A stretch of 64,000 bases of DNA from an uncultured Opitutaceae bacterium (GTDB lineage: Bacteria > Verrucomicrobiota > Verrucomicrobiia > Opitutales > Opitutaceae). The notes below the pieces were generated by a model. The model did not search any database. It was not told the origin of the DNA and worked only from the letters and a program-made list of their open reading frames with translations. The DNA is taken from assembly GCA_964541315.1 (NCBI GenBank), contig CAZIQP010000003.1, forward strand, positions 1 through 64,000, in the 5' to 3' direction. Shown here in pieces: positions 57,377-64,000 of the stretch (its first letter is position 1; every line of letters starts with the position of its first letter). The position numbers were made by a program, and so were the translations under genes.

Positions 57377-59479
57377 ATGTCTGTGCCGTCCAGCAACCAA
57401 GATTCCAGCCGCCGCGAGTCCGTGTTTTTCCTGGCCTTTTTTTGCGGCTGCCTGCTGTTTCACGGTTGGGTGATGGGCGAGGGCTGGTCGAACAGGAATC
57501 TGCCGGGGGTGGAATATCGTCAGGCCCAGACGGCGATAGCGGCGTATTACATCCAGCAGAATCATGATTTCTCCCTGGCCTATCCTACGCCGGTACTGGG
57601 CAAGCCGTGGTCGATCCCGATGGAATTTCCGCTTTACCAGTGGACCGTCGTGGGTGTGAGCGATCTGACGGGTTTGAATCTGACCAAATCCGGCCGGCTG
57701 GTAAGCATCGCTTGTTTCTACCTCTGCCTGCCGGCGGTGTTTTTGTTGCTGGGACGGATGGGAGTAGCCAGGGGTCGGCGGTGGCTGGTATTGGCGGTGA
57801 TCGTCACCAGTCCATTCTATCTTTTTTATGCACGGGCTTTTTTGATCGAGACGATGGCGCTGATGTTTTCGCTGTGGTTCTGGGTGGCGTTCGAGGAGAC
57901 CGTTGAAACGAAAAACTTCCGTTGGCTGCTGGTGGCGATGCTGGCGGGGAGTGGAGCGGGTCTGGTCAAAGTAACCACGTTCCTGCTCTACCTGTTGCCG
58001 GCGGGCTGGTGGGCCTTGCGGAAATTATGGCAGGGACGGAATGACCGGCGTTGGCGCAGTGATCTGGTCTGGATGATCCTGGCCGTGGCGTTGCCATTTG
58101 CTCTGACCCTGTGGTGGCTGCATTTTGCGGACGGGATCAGAGCGCTCAATCCCAGCGCCCGGTTTTTGCTCGAAGCCAATCTGCGGGACATCACCCTTGG
58201 GACGTGGACAACACGGTTTTCGCCCGAGCTGTGGCGGCTGAAATGGAAAATCATCACGGAGAAACTATCCTGGTGGCCGTTGCTGAGCAGTGGAATGGTT
58301 GTGCTGCTGCTTTTGGCACGGCAACGAAGGGCTGACATTTTTCGCTTGCTGCTCTGGTTCAGCGCCGTGCTGGTGATTTTCCCGGTGCTGTATGGCTGGC
58401 ACGAATATTATTTCAACGCCAACGGCCTGTTGCTGCTGATGGCGCTGGGACTGGTTCTGGTCGGCCTGGCGGAAAGCGGCCGCCCGTTCTGGCTGGTGGG
58501 GCTCGCACTGGTGACGGTTACGGGCGGACAAGTGTGCCGGTATTTCGACGTTTATTATGAGGAGCAAAGCCGGCCGAGTATCGGCGGGGACCAACTGACC
58601 AATTCATTGGGCAAGTTGACCAAACCGGACGAGATTTTGCTGATCACGGGTCAGGACTGGAATTCGATGACGCCGTATTATGCGCGACGCCGAGCGTTGA
58701 TGATCCGCGAGGACGTTGAGCAAAACACCGCGCAGCTTGATGCAGCTTTTGCCGCGTTGGCCGGCGAAAAAATCGGCGCACTCGTGCTGGGGCCGGCGAC
58801 GCGGGGTCGCGAGGATATAATCCGGCGCGCTGCAGCTCTGGGCATCGATCCGCGACCGATCTATCGCTGGAGAGATGTGTCGGTCCACCTGCCGCTGGCG
58901 CGGCGCAAGGAGATCATTCAAACGATCATCGATACGGGGATCGATGGCCTGGTCTGGGAGTCCGGGGTGGAATTGCCGGGAAACCCTCTGGCGGGCGAGT
59001 GGTTCGACACGGCCGATCTTAGTCCGCGGCAAAGGGAGATTTTCCGCCAGATGCGGCCGCAGCCGGTCAGTTTTTTTTCCACGTTCGGGCCGATTTTGGA
59101 TGGCAGCACCGGCCGGCTGTTGTTCGGTGCCCATCCTGTCACCCGGCTGGTTTTTCAACTGCAGGCCGGGAAGCACACTTTGCGGACCCAGGCATGGTTT
59201 GCACCCGCGGCGTATGACGAGTCTCTTGCCGAATCGCAATGCACGGATGGTGCGGAGATATCCGTCACCTTACTCGGCGCGGGCGAGGAACGGAAAACTG
59301 TTTTCACCCGTGTGCTGGATCCCCGCCATCAGACCGGGGATCGCGGCTGGCAGCAGATCGAGGTCGCGTTTGCCCTGGAAAAATCGGGAAAAATCGAGCT
59401 ATTCGTCGGCCCCGGACCGCAAGGCCAGGATCGGCGGGATTGGGTTTCACTCGGACCGGTCGTGATTACCAACCATTGA
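57377..59479 (+). CDS. Integral-membrane GT-C (ArnT/PMT-like) glycosyltransferase candidate
   Basis: 'YRQAQTA', 'YPTPVLGKPWSIPMEFPLYQW', 'RAFLIET', about 11 TM helices and a soluble C-terminal domain; start ATG 57377. Confidence 0.75.
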   Translation: MSVPSSNQDSSRRESVFFLAFFCGCLLFHGWVMGEGWSNRNLPGVEYRQAQTAIAAYYIQQNHDFSLAYPTPVLGKPWSIPMEFPLYQWTVVGVSDLTGLNLTKSGRLVSIACFYLCLPAVFLLLGRMGVARGRRWLVLAVIVTSPFYLFYARAFLIETMALMFSLWFWVAFEETVETKNFRWLLVAMLAGSGAGLVKVTTFLLYLLPAGWWALRKLWQGRNDRRWRSDLVWMILAVALPFALTLWWLHFADGIRALNPSARFLLEANLRDITLGTWTTRFSPELWRLKWKIITEKLSWWPLLSSGMVVLLLLARQRRADIFRLLLWFSAVLVIFPVLYGWHEYYFNANGLLLLMALGLVLVGLAESGRPFWLVGLALVTVTGGQVCRYFDVYYEEQSRPSIGGDQLTNSLGKLTKPDEILLITGQDWNSMTPYYARRRALMIREDVEQNTAQLDAAFAALAGEKIGALVLGPATRGREDIIRRAAALGIDPRPIYRWRDVSVHLPLARRKEIIQTIIDTGIDGLVWESGVELPGNPLAGEWFDTADLSPRQREIFRQMRPQPVSFFSTFGPILDGSTGRLLFGAHPVTRLVFQLQAGKHTLRTQAWFAPAAYDESLAESQCTDGAEISVTLLGAGEERKTVFTRVLDPRHQTGDRGWQQIEVAFALEKSGKIELFVGPGPQGQDRRDWVSLGPVVITNH

Positions 59480-59480
59480 A

Positions 59481-61571
59481 TCAACGAATCTCAATCCGGC
59501 CCCAGTAGGCCCAGTCGGTGTTGATATTGTTTTTCGGACCGGGAGTGATTTTGAACACGAGGGTGCCGGTGAACGGCCCCGCATCGTCAAGGCGGACGGT
59601 CTGCGGACCGCGATCTTCCGGCACCTGGGCGGGATCGAGGTCGCGCCGAAAAAGTGTGCGCCGAAGACCGTTGGGAAGGAGTTCGAAGATCTCCACACCG
59701 ATGCCATCGGAGGGTGAGGCATTGTTCGGCGCAAAGGCACCGTCGGCCAGACCGACTTCAGCCACGATGGTGGTCGCGCCATGGGGCGGGATGAAATGAA
59801 GTTCCGAAACCGCATGGGCCAATACGACCGGTCGTCCGCGCTCGGTGCCGAGACTGATGCCGAGCAGGCTGCGGGCGCTGACCGGACGGGGTGAGAACAA
59901 TGAGAGATCGGTGCCGCTCAGGTCGGTGTCGTGCAGTTGGTCGGCAAAGAGATCGATTGCCGGCTGCGTGTTGAGGGTGACGGAGGGAAACGTCAGGCCC
60001 TTGAGCTTGGCTGCAGCCGAGGAAATTTGTTCATCAGCCAGGTAAAGATCGCCGTCTGCACTGGTGGCGAAGGGGGCCGGTGCCAGCCGGAAATGGTTGA
60101 GTCGTTCCCGGATGAAGGCGGGCGTCGCACGCTGGGCGGTATTGTTGCGGATCAGCAGGGCGCCGATTTTTTTAGAAGGCAGCCGGCGGACAATTGCGTC
60201 CAGCGCTTCCGAATCCGGCTCCCGGCCCTGCGGCACCATGATCGCGCGGCGCTCGGCATAATAGGCGATCTGGGTGCTCCAATCCCAGCCGTAAACGACC
60301 AGGACATTTTCCGGCGGCATGACGGCACGGATGACCGCAGTGATGGCCGGAGGGGCGGGCTGTTCCAACCGCAGATACGCACCATAGTTTTGATAGTACG
60401 CAAAGAGCTGGCCTCCGAGAAACAGGACAAGGGTCAGCCACTTGGCTGCCATCGTCAGCCGGACAGAGTCCCAAATGCCGGCGAGAACAAACCCTGCGCC
60501 ACCGAGGAGAAACACAGCGGTGGCACAGTAGTAATAGTCGTGCATGTAGTAGAGATTGGAAAACAGCAGCGGACCGGTGAGAAAAAATATCGCACCCCAG
60601 GTCGCGGCGCGGCGATAGGACGGAGCCACCAGCGTGGCGCCGATCAAGGCGACGGTGAGCGGTATGGTGCCCAGGACCAGGGTGGAAATATTGCTCCAGT
60701 TTTCGAGCCAGAATGCGGAGGAAACACGCTGTTGCCATGAGCCCCAATTCCAACTGGCCAGCCGGGTCGAGACCAGGGAAGCGGAGAAGGGATTGGTCAG
60801 TTTGAGGTGGTCGGTGTGTTTCACCCACCAGTAGGAAATGCCAATGCCGCAGACCACGGGCACGACAGCGCACAATGTAGCCCGCCAGAATTCCGCGGGC
60901 CGCGCAGTGCGGACGGACCAGCGGGGACGCCAATGTATCCAGGTCAGCAGCGCCGCCGGTGAAAGAAATACGATGAAGGTGGTGATCTTGGTCAGACCGG
61001 CCAGAATCGCGAAGAGTGCGGCCAGAATCGCGAAAACCCGGCTGTTGTCACGCACGGCGCGGGTCACGGTATAGAGGAACCAGACCGCCCAGCAGAGCGC
61101 GGCGGTTTCAATCATGAAGGTGCGCGCATAATAAAGGTAAGTCGGTGACGCCAGCACGGCGCTGACCACGAGCAGCCGGCGCGAAGGCGCGAGATTGAGC
61201 AGTCCGGCCAGGCCATAAACGGCCGGCAGAGTCGCGAGAAAAAAGAAAAGGCTCACGCCCCGGCCCGCCGATTCCAGGCCGATATCAAGCATCCGGCTCA
61301 CTGTGGCGACGCACCATTGATAAATCGGAAACTCGAACGGCACCGACCAAGGCGGTCCGAAAATGGGAGTTTCGTAATCGAGGTGAAAACCGCTTGCCTT
61401 GATCCAGTAGGCGGAAATGGCGGTCTGCGTTTGGCGGAAATTGTGGCGATCCAGGATCGAAGCATGCCAGGCGCGCGTGGTGAACCACAGGGTCAGCGCC
61501 AGCATCACAAAAAAGACGATCACCAACGGTCGGGCGGGCGCAGATAGGGCCGGAGTGTGAGAATCAGACAT
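59481..61571 (-). CDS. Paralogous GT-C (ArnT/PMT-like) glycosyltransferase candidate
   Basis: 'FRQTQTA', 'YETPIFGPPWSVPFEFPIYQW', 'RTFMIET'; same architecture as the convergent neighbour. Confidence 0.75.
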   Translation of the reverse strand: MSDSHTPALSAPARPLVIVFFVMLALTLWFTTRAWHASILDRHNFRQTQTAISAYWIKASGFHLDYETPIFGPPWSVPFEFPIYQWCVATVSRMLDIGLESAGRGVSLFFFLATLPAVYGLAGLLNLAPSRRLLVVSAVLASPTYLYYARTFMIETAALCWAVWFLYTVTRAVRDNSRVFAILAALFAILAGLTKITTFIVFLSPAALLTWIHWRPRWSVRTARPAEFWRATLCAVVPVVCGIGISYWWVKHTDHLKLTNPFSASLVSTRLASWNWGSWQQRVSSAFWLENWSNISTLVLGTIPLTVALIGATLVAPSYRRAATWGAIFFLTGPLLFSNLYYMHDYYYCATAVFLLGGAGFVLAGIWDSVRLTMAAKWLTLVLFLGGQLFAYYQNYGAYLRLEQPAPPAITAVIRAVMPPENVLVVYGWDWSTQIAYYAERRAIMVPQGREPDSEALDAIVRRLPSKKIGALLIRNNTAQRATPAFIRERLNHFRLAPAPFATSADGDLYLADEQISSAAAKLKGLTFPSVTLNTQPAIDLFADQLHDTDLSGTDLSLFSPRPVSARSLLGISLGTERGRPVVLAHAVSELHFIPPHGATTIVAEVGLADGAFAPNNASPSDGIGVEIFELLPNGLRRTLFRRDLDPAQVPEDRGPQTVRLDDAGPFTGTLVFKITPGPKNNINTDWAYWGRIEIR

Positions 61572-61573
61572 GC

Positions 61574-62479
61574 TCAGAGGCTGGCGTAGCTGGCGGTCGC
61601 GCGCCGGATGCCCTCGGCGAGAGGGACCTGCGGCTTCCAGCCGGTGGCGGCGGCGAAGCGGCCGTGGTCGAGCCGGCTATCCCGCACGTCCCAGAAAGGG
61701 GCCGGTTGTTGGCGGAGCATGACGGGATGGCCGGTTTCGTTTTCCACCAGGCCGATGACTTCGCGCACGGTGTGGGATTCGCCCGCGCTCAGATTGAAGG
61801 TGCCGGTCAGCCGGCGTTCGAGCACGATTGCAACGGCGGAGAGAAAATCAGTGTAATGCAGAAAATCTTTTTTCGCCGAACCATCGCCCCACAGACTCAA
61901 CGGCTGCTGCTCCACCGCACAACGGATGGCGTGCGGAACGATCCCTTGGGCGCGGTTTTGGGGCACGGGATAGCCATAAGGATTGGAGATGCGCAGGATG
62001 GCGCAGGAGAGCCCGTGGCGCGTCACCTGGACCTCGATCAGTTTTTCCGCCGCCAGCTTGGCCCGTCCATACCAGCCGATGGGCAGGCAGGGATCAGATT
62101 CAATGTTGGCCCGGCCCGGGGCGTTGCCATAAACGGTGCCTCCGGAGGAAAAGAAAACAAAATGAGGGCGGTGCGGGGCGGGCAATGCGGCGATGGATTG
62201 TAGCAGTTTTTCCAAGGGCGGCAGATCATTTTTCCACTCGATGCCACCGCCGAGTTCCGAGGTGGCGGGCAAAGTGCTCCATGCCAGGTGCAGCACCGCG
62301 CCGGCATTCGGCAGGGCGGCAGTCAGATGATCCAGGGGCTGGAATCCGTCTCCGCCGGAACGGGAAAACAGGGAAAGGTTGTGGGTGGGGGCGCGGAACT
62401 GGTCGGCGATCAGAGAGGCGAGCCGGCCGCGTCCACCTGTCACTAAAATACGTTTCGGTGCGTTAACAGAAGAGGGCAT
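61574..62479 (-). CDS. NAD-dependent epimerase/dehydratase
   Basis: TGGRGRLA, SSGGTVYG, YGRAK, LRISNPYG, WGDGS..KDF. Confidence 0.9.
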   Translation of the reverse strand: MPSSVNAPKRILVTGGRGRLASLIADQFRAPTHNLSLFSRSGGDGFQPLDHLTAALPNAGAVLHLAWSTLPATSELGGGIEWKNDLPPLEKLLQSIAALPAPHRPHFVFFSSGGTVYGNAPGRANIESDPCLPIGWYGRAKLAAEKLIEVQVTRHGLSCAILRISNPYGYPVPQNRAQGIVPHAIRCAVEQQPLSLWGDGSAKKDFLHYTDFLSAVAIVLERRLTGTFNLSAGESHTVREVIGLVENETGHPVMLRQQPAPFWDVRDSRLDHGRFAAATGWKPQVPLAEGIRRATASYASL

Positions 62480-62485
62480 GAAGCC

Positions 62486-64000
62486 TTAAGCTGTCAGGGT
62501 GGAATAAAACTTGGCAAGCGTCTCCGCACTGCGTTGCCAGCTAAAATATTTCTCGGCGGAGGCCACCGCGCCTTGGCTAAGGCGGTCGTAAAGCGCACGG
62601 TCCTGTCTCAGTTCAATGACGGCCTGGGCAATGCCGGCGGCGTCGGCACGGTCGAGCACGTAGGCGTCGATCCCGTGGCGCAACTGGGTGCCGAGATTCG
62701 TGCGCGGCAGCACGACCGGCCGGCCGATGGAAAAAAACTCCGGCAGTTTGGACGGAAAGCGATAATCGTTGAACGGGTCCGGTACGCCGGGCTGCACGAA
62801 GATATCAGCCAAGGCCATCAGCGGTGGAAGGTGGCGGTGATGCAGGATCTGCCCTAGTTCGACCAAAAACGGAGCGACTTTGTTGGCGAGTTTCCCGAGG
62901 AAATCAACCCGATCCAGTCCGGTGCGCAGCAGCGTGGTGGGATGACCTTCCTGATTGAGCCGGAGCAGAGCGGCGTACAGCTCCTTTACTTCAGCGGCAT
63001 TCGAGGCGTGCGTGTTGCCGTGATAGAAAAGCAAGGTCGTGGCGGGCGCGAGATCGCAGAGGCGGCGGAATTCTCCGGGAATCGGGCGGGGGAAAAAATA
63101 GCGGGCATCCGCTGCGGGGAGGATCGTCTGACAGGGTCGGCCGGGCGGGGCGAATTCACGCAATTTATCCGCTACCACTGTGATGCCGTCAGCAGTCGCC
63201 AGAAACTCCCGGCTCCGGCGCGGATGGGAAAGATTATCCGGTACCGACCGGTCAAGCTCGGTGGAGGACAACTGTTCCAGTTCGGCAAGACTGCGTCCTA
63301 GCGATTGGGATAAAATCTGCTGTTCGTTGTCTTCCAGATGCACGACCAGCCTGGCTCGGTGGGAAGCGCGCAGTTTTTCCGCAAGCTGGCGGACGTTTTC
63401 CCGGGTGGTCCACGCATGAATGATATCGGGACCGCGGCCGTTGGCAAAAGACAGGCTTTGCCCTGCTTCGGCAAACGTCAGGCCTCGAAACGCAGGATGC
63501 GCATGGTGCGCGAGGGTTTCCGGATCGTGCGGCACGGCGACAGCACAATCGTGGGCTTGCCGGGCGAGTTCGTTGGCGAGCGCGGCCACATGCAGCGCGC
63601 TGTTCGACGCGAAACTTCCGTGGAGAATAAAAAGAATGTTGAGCGGACGGGCGGCTTTTCCGGCGGGCGTCTCTTCCGCCCGGCAGCAATAACCGGGCAA
63701 AGGAATACGTTCGCCCGCAAGGTCAATTTCCGGACCGATATTTTCGTCGGATCGCACTTTTATCGTCAGCGCGGTGCGGGCGAGAATGGTGGTTCCATCC
63801 GAAAAATTTGCCTTCAGACGCAACGGTCCGTGGCCGGCGGAAAGAATAGTTTTGCTGGTGAATCCGGAAGTCGCGGCGTGAGGAATGCCCGGGTGGAGGA
63901 GCGGCACATCGGCACGTTTGCCACCGAGGGTGCAGGAAATTTCCTGGTGACCATAACGCAGCGAGAGCTCCTTGATGGGCTGAACTGGGTGGAGTGCCCA
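62486..64000 (-). CDS. GT4 glycosyltransferase (5' end outside window)
   Basis: Frame is open to the window edge; 'ADIFVQPG', 'FPSKLPEF', 'GRPVV'. Confidence 0.85.
   Translation of the reverse strand, partial: WALHPVQPIKELSLRYGHQEISCTLGGKRADVPLLHPGIPHAATSGFTSKTILSAGHGPLRLKANFSDGTTILARTALTIKVRSDENIGPEIDLAGERIPLPGYCCRAEETPAGKAARPLNILFILHGSFASNSALHVAALANELARQAHDCAVAVPHDPETLAHHAHPAFRGLTFAEAGQSLSFANGRGPDIIHAWTTRENVRQLAEKLRASHRARLVVHLEDNEQQILSQSLGRSLAELEQLSSTELDRSVPDNLSHPRRSREFLATADGITVVADKLREFAPPGRPCQTILPAADARYFFPRPIPGEFRRLCDLAPATTLLFYHGNTHASNAAEVKELYAALLRLNQEGHPTTLLRTGLDRVDFLGKLANKVAPFLVELGQILHHRHLPPLMALADIFVQPGVPDPFNDYRFPSKLPEFFSIGRPVVLPRTNLGTQLRHGIDAYVLDRADAAGIAQAVIELRQDRALYDRLSQGAVASAEKYFSWQRSAETLAKFYSTLTA

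Overview
GC-rich bacterial DNA, probably Verrucomicrobiota/Opitutaceae-like (inferred from gene content, not tested). From left to right: (1) 56-10913, a respiratory locus with 29 CXXCH heme motifs. A leftward run encodes a monoheme cytochrome c, a tetraheme c, a Tat-exported 4Fe-4S protein, an NrfD/DsrP-type membrane subunit with an inserted cyclic-nucleotide-binding domain, a His/Cys-tailed protein and a DUF2339-like protein. It diverges from two tandem CbcL-like multiheme-c/cytochrome-b fusions. (2) 11078-25302, a pectin/hexuronate utilisation locus (kdgK, eda, IclR regulator, kduI, kduD, GH105-GH28 fusion, ExuT-like MFS, pectin methylesterase, esterase). (3) 26196-28345, three AT-richer integron-cassette-like ORFs with degenerate attC sites, interleaved with ends of a Y1/RAYT-like element that recurs near 50.9 kb. 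(4) 28346-32865, a phosphorelay operon containing a lone GspE/PilB ATPase. (5) metK-ahcY. (6) 37235-40954, a decayed island starting at a tRNA 3'-end fragment (HTH remnant, ECF sigma/anti-sigma, beta-barrel, IS1182 remnant). (7) Housekeeping genes: M42 peptidase, recQ, rhomboid, CPA1 antiporter, HtrA. (8) 51040-64000, a surface-glycan glycosyltransferase cluster. The strongest candidates for undescribed biology are the cNMP-domain-containing NrfD complex and the cassette/Y1-end arrangement. All family calls come from reading motifs by eye; no searches were run. No rRNA, intact tRNA or CRISPR array was seen.
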